In this document: one piece after another, positions 1 to 11,854 of the stretch | How the letters are laid out: each line of letters begins with the position of its first letter | Position numbering within the stretch: position 1 is the first letter of the stretch | Source of the DNA: Callorhinchus milii | Taxonomy: Eukaryota | Assembly: GCF_018977255.1 (NCBI RefSeq) | Contig: NW_024704743.1 | Location: forward strand, 110,114,001 to 110,178,000 | Direction: 5' to 3' | DNA length: 64,000 bases | The notes under the pieces: generated by a model | The model's input: the letters and a program-made list of their open reading frames with translations, nothing else | The model's database searches: none | What the model was told of the DNA's origin: nothing | Translations under genes and position numbers: made by a program

Positions 1-549
1 GAGAGCTGGAGGCTGTAGTGACTTGGACAGATGTTGCACAAACTTGGCAGTAGCTGAGAGGGGTTGAAAGAGGGAATTTCTGCTGGGTGTCAGCTGGCCA
101 TCAGAGATCCTCCCAGTGCTGTGAAAGGCCCCAATCATTGAGTAATGGCTTGTACTATCAATGAACTTGGGACACAGATTTCCAGGTGACATTGCAGTGT
201 TGGAGGGGGACTGTCTGAGGCAACGGAAACAAATTCAAGCAGAACTCCTCAATGAGTCTGGCTACTATCATTCTATTGCATGAGCACGCTGTACAGATTT
301 GGCCTGATATTAACCTTTCATCTCTGCCTTTAAACATTAATGGCAATTGGGGGGTGGGAAAGAAATAATAATAATCCTTGGATTTGACATTGTGAGTCAA
401 AGCACTTCACAGAATATACTGTAAAGTGAATTGAGTGTATATTTTATGGGTGAAACGAGGCAGCCAATTGCGCACAGCAAATGAATTAAGAACAATAAGT
501 GTGAATTTTTTCCATCAGAAATCAGAAAAATTAAAAAAAGACCAAAACT

Positions 550-900
550 ATGTATCAACATCTGCTAGAGCTGTTATGAAAACTTTCGACAAGCTGGATG
601 TTAATAGCCTGTTTCCACTTGTTGGTGAGTCCAATGCAAAGCAGGGGACATAATTATAAGATAACAAATAGCAGATCTAATAGGGAACTTAGGAGGAACT
701 TTTTCATGCAGAGGGCGGTCGAAAGGTTGACATCAATGCCAGAAGCTGTGATTGAAGCAGAAAGCATCACTGTATTCAATTTAATTTGATGCATACATGA
801 GGAGAATGGAATAGAAGGGGTGCAGTAGAGGGCTATGGAGCGATGGTGTGGCTTGTTAGAGTAGTTGGGTCGAATGGCCCGCTTCCATCGTTTATCGCTC
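550..900 (+). mobile_element. CR1-type LINE 3' fragment
   Basis: Frameshifted ORF2 C-terminus (SLFPLVGES..GHNYKI..RRNFFMQRAV...PEAVIEAESI). Confidence 0.8.
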
Positions 901-1020
901 TAGGAACTCTATGTACTATAAATGCAAGTTGTTGTATATAAATGCATGTCGTGATTGTTATAACTTGCAAGTCCTTGCACTGATGTTGTTGCCCTGTTTT
1001 TTTTTTTTTTTTTTTTGCAG

Positions 1021-1087
1021 TTGTTGGCTTTCGCTGGAGGGCGGGCTGCTCTACGCCTTTGTGGGACCCGCAGCTGTTGTTGTTTTG
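1021..1087 (+). CDS. ADGRB1: ADGRB1/BAI1 coding exon (ECL2 end/TM5): [22 protein letters not shown]
   Basis: Long poly-T tract plus gcag acceptor ending at 1020; GT donor at 1088; 67 nt; translation matches the BAI-family 7TM sequence. Upstream exons lie outside the window. Confidence 0.95.
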
Positions 1088-1261
1088 GTATCATCTTTAC
1101 CTTAGCATTTCACTTCGCGGTGACACCAATTTTTTTTATGTTTTAAAGCTGCGTGAATTTTCTCTTTTCGTTTACCCCTTTTATCCCTTCCCTCCTCCCC
1201 TCCCCCCACAACCTCCCCCTGAAAGGAGATATTTTATATTTATGCATTTTTATTTCAACAG

Positions 1262-1347
1262 GTCAACATGGTCATTGGAATTCTGGTATTTAACAAACTT
1301 GTATCCAAAGATGGAATAACAGATAAGAAACTGAAGGAACGGGCTGG
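1262..1347 (+). CDS. ADGRB1: ADGRB1 coding exon (TM5 end/ICL3): [28 protein letters not shown](G)
   Basis: tttcaacag acceptor, GG|gtatga donor, 86 nt, phase 0 to 2. [13 protein letters not shown] is the BAI1-type sequence as I recall it. Confidence 0.96.
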
Positions 1348-1764
1348 GTATGATTATAAATCCATCATCTAGCATTTTATTCTTTTCAAAAGATTCTGAC
1401 CATATTTCCTTGACTGCAACCCAAACGATTTTATGTGTTCTTGGTTGAGTGGAGGAAGGAGAGAAAAGTAAGAGCCATGTAATCTTAAACCGGTTCCAAT
1501 TAATATGTATCGCTGACTAGTTGCTACGACTTTGTCTCGGTGGCCAGTATGGATATTGGACTATTTCTGGGTGGGTCAGGTTTTGAAGTAAGGAGGGAGG
1601 TAGGAAGGGAAGTGGACTGGAGGAAGACAGCATCCTTTATGTAGTAGGTCAGTTAGGATTAGTGGTTTACTTTAATCGATCTATCTGCTGATTGGAATCC
1701 TGTCACCCAGGTGAAGCGAGACATGCCATGCAGTTCTCCAACCCCCTCCCATCCTCTTTACAAA

Positions 1765-2152
1765 ATTGTGGGTTCAAACCTCACATCAGGACTCTGACTC
1801 ACAGTCTAGGCGGACACTCCAGTTCAGTGCTGAGAGAGCAATGTCGGGGGTGCCAACCTTCAGATGAGATGTTCAGCTGAGGTCCTGTCTGCCTGTTCAG
1901 GTGAATAATAAAAATCCCAGAGCACTATTCAAAAAGAGGGTGTTTCTCATGGTGTCCTGGACAACAATCCCCAGATAATATTGGTTATTCACTTCATCGC
2001 TGTTTGTGAAACACTGCTGTGCACAAATTGGCTGTTGCATTTGCCTACAAAATACGCAGTCACTGCACATTACAGTAATTTCTATGAAGCGCTTTGAGAC
2101 ATCCTTCTACCATAAAAGCCGCTATTTAAAATTCATAAATATTATAATTATT
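1765..2152 (+). mobile_element. Old Deu-domain SINE (SacSINE1-like); further decayed copies at ~17270-17510(+), 25065-25505(-), 25610-25985(-), 30830-31160(-), 33720-34118(-), 38340-38640(+), 44590-44980(+), 49190-49460(+), 52590-52830(-), 62770-63055(+)
   Basis: tRNA-like head (tgtgggttcaa), central ...cagatgagatgtt...caggtg..aaaatccca..gcacta...ggtgtcctgg...tgctgtgcacaaattggctg... and an L2-like tail; matches my recollection of the DeuSINE core. Confidence 0.75.
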
Positions 2153-2534
2153 TGTAGACACTGTACCATGCTAGAAATCTGTGTTTTGCTACTCTTTGTG
2201 GTCTTAACTCCAAGGCAATGAAGAATTTCAATTCCTTCCTTAACGGACACCGACTGTCACAAAGCCAATTTTAAAGAGAGGAACATAAGAGGTTTTGATT
2301 TTACCATCCAAGCCACATTGTTACCTACTGAAAAACCAACCGTTTGTACCCAGCCAACATCAAGCAGAGAAATAGCTGAGACATCATTAAGGGCTAAATT
2401 TGCAGATTGCCAAAATAATGTTTGTAGCTTTTTCTCCAGGAAGAGCACTTGAATTTGTCCCAAAGGGAGTCATTTTGGAGATGCTTCACTCCGTGTGACA
2501 TTTCAAAAAGCTTTTATTTTCCCTTTATACCAAA

Positions 2535-3208
2535 TTTCTACCTTCACCCACTTTCGCAACATTGCCTGGCTTTGCCATTGTCTCACACCGCAGGCTGCCG
2601 AGACCCTCATACATGCATTCATAACATCCAGGCTCGACTACACAAACTCCCTGCTTGTCGGCCTCTCCAACTCCTCCCTCCATAGGCTGCAGATCATCCA
2701 GAACTCTGCAGCTCGTGTCCTCTTCCGCACCAGGCTCCACAACCCTATCACCCCAATCCTAGCCCAACTCCACTGGCTTTCCATTACACAGAGGATACAG
2801 TTCAAGTTCCTGGTCGTCACTTTCAAAGTCCTCCATGGTCTTGCTGCCTCCTACCTCTGCGACCTTCTACCCCCCCCTACCAAACTGCCTGCTCCCTCCG
2901 CTCAGTGGGCTCCAGTCTGCTTCACATCCCCGCCTCGCTCGCCCGCACTGAGTTTGGCAGGTGGACGGGCCTTCAGTCACTCTGCTTCCACCCTCTGGAA
3001 CTCTATCCTGCAGTCCCTCTGCCTCGACACCTTCCTTGTCTCCTTCAAGACCAGTCTCAAGACCCGCCTCTTCGATCGTACCTTCAGTCACCCTCCTTCG
3101 CCCTCTGCCCTCCACCATCCCTGATCTCGACTACCAGCTCGGGTCCAAAACACTGATTGTCCAGCACCTTGAGATGTCCTCTTGATATGAAAGGTGCTAT
3201 ATAAATGT
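2535..3208 (+). mobile_element. L2 LINE, 5'-truncated (subfamily A)
   Basis: ORF2 C-terminus [42 protein letters not shown] plus the 3' tail tgaaaggtgctatataaatg. Confidence 0.92.
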
Positions 3209-3997
3209 TCACAAGGTCTTCGTCTCCTTTAGTTTTGTAATCGTTGAGGGGAATGGGGGTGTTCTTCAAGATTGTTAGCAGAAGAATCCGAGGGAGGGAT
3301 TTGAAAGAATTTTCTTCAGTCAAAGAAAATCTGAGTATTTGAAAATCATTAATCGGAAGCGGCCATTGAGGCCAGATTGATAGCGGGATTTGGGCAGTCG
3401 ATAGAGGGATTAAGGGATAAGGGCAAAGATCTGGAAAGGGAATTATTTTGTTTTTAAAAGGTGACACGATGGGCCTAATGGCCTCCTTCTCCACTGTAAA
3501 TTTCTGTTTCCTACCAATAGATGCTGGGCTACGTCACCACAGGTTGCCATCTGGTATCCTATCCAAGTAGCTAATTCTTCAGCACTGGGCCACTGAGCAT
3601 TCCCTCACCCCTGCCTGCGGCCACAAAACTCTTTACACCGAGGGCAGACAGAAGTGTAACTCCCTGCCTGAAACATAGTCAAAGCAGAGTCCAAATATTC
3701 TTAAAGGGAATTAGACAGATAGTTGAAGAGGAATACTGAGTGAGTTTGTGTGTGTGTGTGCATGTGGGGTGGGGGCAAGGGGATAGCAGGGGAACAGGAT
3801 TAGACTGGATGGTTCACATTGAGAAATACGCCATCGCAGAGTAGATTAGTAAGTAGATGGTGAGTAGATGGCAAGTTTCTGTCCTGGAGGATTCTGTGAG
3901 CTTTTCCATGACTTTAGGGCTCAGATTCTTAGGGAATCTGTAACCGGTGACACAAGTGTAAGATAGCAGCCTGAATCGATGATTGAATCAGATACTA

Positions 3998-4612
3998 TCA
4001 ACAACAACAACTTGGATTTATATAGCGCCCTCTATGCCGGACAGCGTCTCAAGAGCGCTTTACAATAACGGATCCCGGGACCGAGCCAGGGAGAGGGGGA
4101 GGAAGGTGACCAAAGGCGCGGTCGAAAAGAAAGGTCTTCAGCAGAGACCTGAAAATGGGAAGGGAGGGAGCGAGACAAAGGGAGTGAGGAAGGCAGTTCC
4201 AGAGCCTCGGGGCATAGTGGCTGAAGGCACAGCCGCCGAGGGTGGAGCGGAGGACTCTGGGGATGAGGAGAAGGCCAGACCCGGAGGAACGAAGGCAACG
4301 GGTACTGTTTTGAGGAGAGGGGAGGTCAGAGAGGTAGGGGGGTGCAGAGGAGTGCAGGGACTTGAATATAAGGGTGAGGATCTTGAAATCGATCCTCTCT
4401 GGGATAGGCAGCCAGTGCAGTCTGGCAAGGACTGGGGTGATCGGTGAGCGGAGTTTCGTGCGGGTGAGAATGCGGGCAGCAGAATTTTGAATGATTTGCA
4501 TTTTATGGATGGTAGTGGATGGGAGACCGGCGAGGAGGGCGTTAGAGTAATCCAGCCGAGAGATGACAAAAGGCATGGACCAGGGTTTCAGCGGCTTTTG
4601 GGGAGAGAGATG
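3998..4612 (-). mobile_element. L2 LINE, 5'-truncated (subfamily B)
   Basis: ORF 4049..4615 ([32 protein letters not shown]), (TTG)n tail; 3' UTR differs from subfamily A. Confidence 0.92.
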
Positions 4613-6517
4613 CATTCAAGAGGAAGCTAGATTTCACATGCGGGAGAGGGGAATAGAAGGGTATGGGAATGAGTAAGGAATGCATGAAGACTTGTGTGGA
4701 ATATTAACATCGGAAAGGACTGGTTAAGGTTGTGAGGTCTGTTTCTGTTCTGTACATCCTTTGTAATCTTTATAATTCTCTGTGTAGAGTTATCTCCCAA
4801 AGAGAGATTGAGTTTGATAAGTCCAACACAAGCTTTGGTGGGTGGAGGGAACAGGCACGTCTCCAAAGATTCTTCCTTGTCTTATTCCGTACTTTATTTT
4901 GAAGAAAAACACAAAGCAATAATCACCTTTAAAGTAAATTCACAATGAATGAACTGTCCCATCACGTTTACAGGTCTGTTTAAAAAAAATTCAAAAGTTA
5001 AATTGTAATGTTACTGTGCCATAATATCACCAAACACTTCATGGTGATTTTTTGTAGGCAAAGAAGGTAACCATTTTGGGGACAGTAAGACCACACACAA
5101 ACACACATATATAAACAGACATGAGGCATATCACCAATTTGAGTAAGAGGATCGTTGACCAGGACACTGGGAAAAAGCCCCTTCCCTTTTCGATTAGAGT
5201 TAGGCATCTTCTCCACAAATCACAAAGAGTTTGTGGGGTGTGGACTGAGCTTTAATACAGGCTGCAACAGAGAGTGGCAGATTGGCAGATGCCCTTCTCA
5301 CCTCTGAGACTGGAATGAGATTGAAAGGCCTGTGATGCTTCCAATGAAGTGACCCTGGGCAGCCTGGCATCATGTGAACTACAATTGACTCTGACTTGCT
5401 GATCTCATTGGAGATGTACTGCAGCTGGCAGAAACTTGCACCTGGTGTCTGTACTGAATTTGACCCAGGCCTCGGGAGCCTTTTAAGCTTGCAACTGCTC
5501 CCTGCGCCTCTCAGAGAAGGAGGTGGGGGTTATTGGAGAGCATGCCAAAACAATTTATTGTGAAATGGAGGTAACTGCGTATTTGTTGGCAAACAAGGCA
5601 GCCCATTTGCACACAGCAATATCCTGCAAACAGCTATAAGTGAATGACCAGTTTTATGTTGAGGGATATATATGGTCAATTCATTTTACAGCATATTCTG
5701 TGAAGCGCATTGAGACATCTAGAAGACATGAAAAGTGCTATATCAAATGCAAGGATTATTATTTTTATAATTAGCCAGGATACCAGGAGAATCTCCCTTC
5801 TCTTTTACAGTAGTGCTACCGGATCTTTAATGTCCACCTGAAGAGAAAGACTAGTTAACAGGGAGCACCGAGGAATTTAAGGGAATTAACCTGAGGAGCT
5901 AGGTTTGCGAGAGGTCTTAGTTCCACAAACTTGAAACACCAGAGAGGTGGTGTCCTTCCTCCGGTTCAAAAGCCATGGCCCGTTTTCTGAAAACCGTCAT
6001 TCACAACATGACAGATCTTCCATTGGGCTGTTATTTTCACACCATTACGGCGATATAGCGCAGGTTAGAAGCCAAACAGCCCTAGGTTGAATATTGGTCT
6101 CTTCCTGTTGCTCCCTGGGCAGTGAAGAGGGTGCTGTCTCTTTCCATCTGCAAAATATTTTTAAACCAAAATGAAAAAGAGAGATTTATATATTTGCAAA
6201 GGAGTGAATGGGGGGGTGGGGGGCTGGCGACAGTAGGGGAAATAAATTTCAAAATTTTGGTTTCCCTTCAAGGAAATATGGAATAATGCTTGTTTTTATT
6301 TTAAAGTGTGGTTGGTTGCTGTGCACGTATTTGTGTTAAGAAAATCGACATAAAATGTCCTTTGCTGGCAAGAAGAGAAAGGAAGAAACGGGATGACGTT
6401 TTGTTTTTTGTTTTTTTTGTTTCTTTGGGTTTTTTTTGGATGACGGTATTACTCTCTGTCTCTGATCTTTGTGTTAAAGTTCAATTTTTTGTTTCAGTCT
6501 TTTAATTTTAATTCCAG

Positions 6518-6616
6518 TCAGATGACAATCCCTCTTTACGGTATGACGCTCAAATGTTCGAAGTGCGGAGTAATTTCTTCCGGTGAAGTTTCGGCCACGG
6601 TCGCCAGTAATGCCAT
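6518..6616 (+). CDS. ADGRB1: ADGRB1 ICL3 cassette exon, 33 aa: (G)QMTIPLYGMTLKCSKCGVISSGEVSATVASNA(M)
   Basis: attccag acceptor, AT|gttagt donor, 99 nt, symmetric phase 2-2. Resembles the ADGRB3/ADGRB2 ICL3 insert (QM...LTLKCxKCGV...SATxASNAM). Confidence 0.88.
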
Positions 6617-6703
6617 GTTAGTTCCTGTAATTTCAATTCTTGTTATTTTTTCTTTTGCACTGGCGCCATGACAACAGTCGCACGTAGCTTTTACCAGCCG
6701 GAT

Positions 6704-6709
6704 TGCATG
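6704..6709 (+). promoter_or_regulatory. RBFOX-type splicing element TGCATG downstream of the cassette exon
   Basis: Exact TGCATG 88 nt after the donor of exon 6518-6616, within a repeat-free U-rich flank. Confidence 0.45.
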
Positions 6710-9408
6710 GTTTTACATTTTTTTTCAAGAAAAAGGAATTAATTTTATAAACATGTATTTATATAGCGCCCTTCATGTGGGGTAGGGTCTCTGAGCGCGG
6801 ACAACCATGGATCTTGATGCCGAGCCGGGGAGAAAGGGGGGGGCTGGCTGACCGTGGGCATGGTTGAAGAGGAGAAGTCTTCATGTGAAATCTGAAGATG
6901 GGCAAGGAGGGACACAGCGGAGGGATTGAGGCAGGGATTTCCAGACTTTCAGGCATAGTGTCCGAAAGCACAGCGGAGAAAAAACAGCTTTCTAATTGAT
7001 AGCTTCCCACAATCCTGCGCCATCGTAAATTTCAAAACAAAATGGTCTCGCAGGCAAAGAGTAGGTGAACATGTCACTGAACTTGCGCAGTTTACAGGAA
7101 GTGGTGTTGGTGGTGATATTATGACCCGGAAGTTGGCCTTTTTTTTTAAGTGTGCGGGAAGCCAAACCAAAGGCAGGTCCACAGGGTACCCAGCGCTTTA
7201 ACAATGTGTTACTGGGGAGAGCCTTGTAACAGGATTCTACTGTATATTTGAATAGAAATTCCTCCTGGGTCTAGATTTACTATGTCTTAACATTTTCGAA
7301 GATCTAGGATTTGGCAAATTCTTAAATCCCCATAATGTGTATTTTTGAAAATTTTGTAGTAGTAGTGAGTAGTGTTAAGTCCCATAGCTCCAGTTATCAG
7401 TCACTGGGGACTGAGATTCTTCCCACTTGGCTCCCATTAACTCTGCAATCCCCAATGGGTAATCTTAGGGGACAAGCAATAGGAATCTTGCCATATTGTT
7501 CAAAAGGGCAAGCCGTGTGGTTTTAGCCGGCAACGTTTTGAGATGCGCTTTGAGATGTTTTGATAACATTAGGAAGCTCTAATCAATTGCAAGGATTATT
7601 ACAATTAAAGAAAATTAGACACTGTGGCATTTACAGTTGTAGGATATTTTTTGCAGGTCTTACCTGCATTTTCACTGCAGAGTACACAATGTGGTGTGGT
7701 TGGTATATGAAGCCAAGCTCCGTCATACAGATCTGCTGTTTAACAATGGGGTTTTTTGCAGGAGTTGGAGATAACCGTTGGGTTTTCCTCTTAAAGCACA
7801 ATTGATAAGACCAACATGAGTCCTCGAGTCCCCATTGTCTACCACTCACCAAACCCACTGAGGACAACCTCAGAGGAGTAAACTTGTGATTGGTATCCTG
7901 GTCCTCAGGCCTCTCTACAACTGGCCACTCCCCACCCAAAACCAGTTCTATAGTTCGCAGCCATCATAACTTAGAAATCCAATGCAAAGGGTTGGTTGTG
8001 GGTGTGTGAATGATTGGTCATTCACTCCTTGGCTGTTTGTGTGATCATAGAATGGTACAGCACAGAAACAAACTATTCAACCCAACTAATCTGGTGTTTA
8101 TATCCCACAAACATTCTCCCACCTCTCCCTTATATGCATCAAGGATCTCTTAAATACATTGATGCTTTTTGCTTCAGCTACGGTTTTCAGCAACGAGTAC
8201 CACATTCTCACCACCCTCTATATAAAGGCATTCCTCCTGAACTCCCTTTTGGAACTACTGTCAGCTATTTTATATCTATACCTCCTCGTTTTGACTCTCC
8301 AACAAATGGAAACAGCCTATTTAAACCTTATCGTTGTGTGTAAATCGGCTACACCATTCACCTTAAAAATACACAATCAGTGCACTTTACAGCAAATCCT
8401 GTGAAGTGCTTTGAGATGTTATACCCCCATGAGAGGAGGTATATCAATTGCAAGGATTTTTTTTATTTCATTGTGATAAGATGCTAAATGAAAATGTGAC
8501 TTATTTTGAAGCATTTAACTTGATAAAGGCACCTTATTAACATGCAGGGATTATTATTAATAATAAAACTGTGGAACAACTGAACTTGGTGTGTTGCTTC
8601 TATTCATGGGGTTCTGGTTGTACAGTGTTAGTTGAAGGAAGAATGAGGTTTTGGTACCTAAGAGTGGAGGTATTTTGTCTCATATACATAGCTTAGGAGT
8701 GCAAAATTCAGATTTGAATTGAGACTCGTAAATAAAGCCACACAGATGAATTCATGACGACGTACCTTCTCATTGTTTCTAAAGTCAATTTGCAGCTTTT
8801 CCAGATGGGCTGGTGTCAGTGCCAAGCCATTCGAATCCCAGTCATTAATGAGGGGGTTGTGAAAGTGTGTTGAACACTTTCCTCTGGAAATCTGTGAAGG
8901 GAGAGATAAGTAAAGGTTCCATCACTTGGGTCTTGTATTTCCAGCAAGACTTGGCCCGTGAGACCGTTTTGCCTTAAAATTTTAAGATCGCGCAGAATTG
9001 TGGAAAATTCTTCAAGTCTTGATTTGGAACGTGACTCAAAACTACTTTGAAAAATGTGGTCCAAAAGGGTATAACGAGGTGCAATTTTTTGGAGGTCTTA
9101 TCGCTATCTATAGCTTTATCCTCTCACCCCTCAGCCACCGACAAACACACCCAATTGGAGGGTCTGTGGATACATTTCAAGTGAGGACATGATGAGATCT
9201 ACCACCTTCCCCAATCAATTGAGCAGTTGAGGAATGCTCAATTGGGCAAAAGCACCAAAGAGCTCTCTAGCCACCAAAAATTGGCGGAAAGATTTTTTTT
9301 CCAAAAAAAGGCAAACATTTTTTTCTACATAATTGAAAATAAAGGCCATTATTTTCATGTTATAGAAATAAAAGTGTTGATTAACTCCCTTCTGTTTTAT
9401 TCTTCCAG

Positions 9409-9580
9409 GGCATCCCTGTGGAGCTCGTGTGTGGTTCTGCCACTCCTAGCGCTGACATGGATGTCAGCCGTCCTGGCCATCACAGACCGGAGGTCGGCCC
9501 TCTTCCAAATCCTCTTCGCTGTCTTTGACTCTCTGGAGGGCTTTGTTATCGTCATGGTGCACTGCATCTTGAGACGAGAG
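9409..9580 (+). CDS. ADGRB1: ADGRB1 coding exon (TM6-TM7): [57 protein letters not shown]
   Basis: tcttccag acceptor, GAG|gtatct donor, 172 nt, phase 2 to 0; near-identical to BAI1 TM6/7. Confidence 0.97.
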
Positions 9581-9724
9581 GTATCTGTCCTGTGGCAAGA
9601 TGGGGAGTTTACAGTTCGGGGGCGGGGGTGATGTTTGCAGATTCGGGATATTCAGGGTCACGGACAATGGGAACAGATTCAGGAAGTTAAAAGTGAGAGG
9701 GCAGGTTTTACTGATTCACGAGTT

Positions 9725-10300
9725 CGCATCCAGTCCCTGACCAAGACCAGCTTCCTTCACCTCTGCCACATCGTCCACCTCTGCCGCTACCTTAGTCACA
9801 TGGACGTTCCACCTGTACTCCTCCCTGGTATCCCATGCTCCACCATTCACAAGTTGCCACTCACCCAAAACTCCGCTGCCCACATCCTCACCCACATCAA
9901 TCTCTCACCCCCGTCACCCAGGTCCTCCTCAGTAGCCACTGGCTCCCTTCCCTGCCTCCCAGCTGATCGATTTCAAGGTCCTCATCTACGAATCTATCCA
10001 CTCCCTGACACCCCTTATCTCTCTAACCTTCTACTCCTTTGCCCGCCCCCTGGACACACAACCAACTTTGGCTTGCTCCACATCCCTGTCCTCTCCATGC
10101 CACCATTGGTGGCTAAGCCTTCGGTTCCTACAACCCCCTCCCTCTAACCACTCTATCTCACCTGTTTTTCTGTGTTTAATTCTAGCCTCAATTCCTAGCT
10201 CTTTTAGCACACTCTGACCAACTCCCTTTTTCTGCCCTTTCTCTTGTCCTATGTCCTACCCTGTACTGGTGAAGCCTTGTGAAACATTGTTCGTAAATTG
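9725..10300 (+). mobile_element. Decayed L2 fragment
   Basis: IQSLTKTSFLHLCHI...TIHKL.LTQNSAAHILTH remnants. Confidence 0.75.
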
Positions 10301-11009
10301 GAAGGCGGGGGTTAAAGGTCAGGAAGCAAAGTCAGGGGGTAATGTCTCCAGCTTTGGGGTTTAAATGCCAAGGGACAAAGCTTTCAGGTTTGGGAGATTA
10401 AAGATTAGAGGACAAGGTTTGCAGAGCAAATAAAATAAAATCCATCTAAAGCCCTTGTGCAATATGGATATATCCTTAAGAAATAGGAAGGTAGAGTGGT
10501 GAGTTGTGCAAAGTATTGAGATCAGTGGAGAATTCAGCTCACAGAGGTGTCAGACTTGCTCAGTTGTTAGTACTAACACCTTGGTTTAGAAGATTGTGGT
10601 TCAGTCCCCACAGTCATAGCCTTGGCTGACTCTCCAGGGTAGTTTGAGATGTTTTGACAAGGAGTGATATCAAATACAAGCATTATAATTATTAATTATT
10701 GGGCAGATGCTCCATTTCACACATTTTTAGGAAAACATAGGTAGAGAACAGCAGGTGCCTGGAGCTGACTAAGGCACTAATCTAGTTGAGATGATATTGG
10801 TTACTATAAAGAAAAAAGTTAATCACTTTACAGCTATCCTGGTCATTCCAGGTTATCTCAGAATCACAGTGACTTGACAGCACAGGTGGCAATTTGGCTC
10901 TTTGTGCTGGTTCCCTCATTGTAGCTGTCTGCTGTATTCACATTGACCTGTTCTCTCTCCTTTATCCTTTAACTTTATTATCACTTCCATATTACAATAC
11001 AGTTTACAA

Positions 11010-11520
11010 AACAATTAACATTTATATAGTACGTTTCACTTGGAGAAAGCAAGTCTCAAAGCGCTTAAAACTGCTCTCTGAGCACCCAAGCTGAGGGTGG
11101 GCGCCGAAGGAGGTGGGGAGGGGATAGATAACTGAAAGTGCTGTCAAATAGGTAGGTCTTCAGACAGACAAGGAAAGATACAGATGGAATGAGTAGAAAC
11201 CCAGGATTGGGGAGAGGTAGAATGGCTGAACGCCCGCCTACCAATAATAGGGTAGATAGGGCGAGGAACATGAAATAGGCTGAGTGGGTTAGAGCTTGGA
11301 AGTGGAGTTTGAAGGACAGTTGTGAATCAAACAAGTCACTGAGTATCTGCACCACCTCTGGAGTCAAGCAGGGGGAGCCTTGGGTTTGTCTACGTTTAAC
11401 TGAATAAAGTTTGAGTTCATCGAGCATTCGATGTCTGACACGTCGTGAGTCAGGGTGGACAGAGTGTCATCCGTGTACCGTGTGGAAGTGATCCCCATGT
11501 CTGTGCACGATGTCTAATGT
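11010..11520 (-). mobile_element. Decayed L2 fragment
   Basis: LFDSQLSFKLHFQALT and LKTYLFD remnants plus a tail. Confidence 0.65.
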
Positions 11521-11758
11521 CTTGAATGTAACCCCCAGCTCAGGTGCAAATCCTTAAGTGTCCAGCGCCTTGGGACGTTCTCTCGATGTGAAAGGCGCTA
11601 TAAAGTCACCCAGCTTAGCTCTGTTGATAACAACCTCACCTACTCTAATTCTTCCTTTCTCTCTCTCTTTCTCTGTCTCTTTCTTTCTGTCTCTCAATTT
11701 CTCTTTATGTCTGTGTCTTCTTTCTTTCTCTTTAACGAGAAGTTCTTTCCTCTCACAG

Positions 11759-11854
11759 GTTCAGGAAGCCGTCAAGTGTAGAGTTGTAGATCGACAAGAA
11801 GAGGGGAATGGAGACTCTGGTGGATCATTTCAAAATGGACACGCACAATTAATG
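11759..11854 (+). CDS. ADGRB1: ADGRB1 coding exon: [32 protein letters not shown]
   Basis: CT-rich tract plus ctcacag acceptor, ATG|gtatgg donor, 96 nt, phase 0-0; BAI1-type sequence. Confidence 0.97.
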
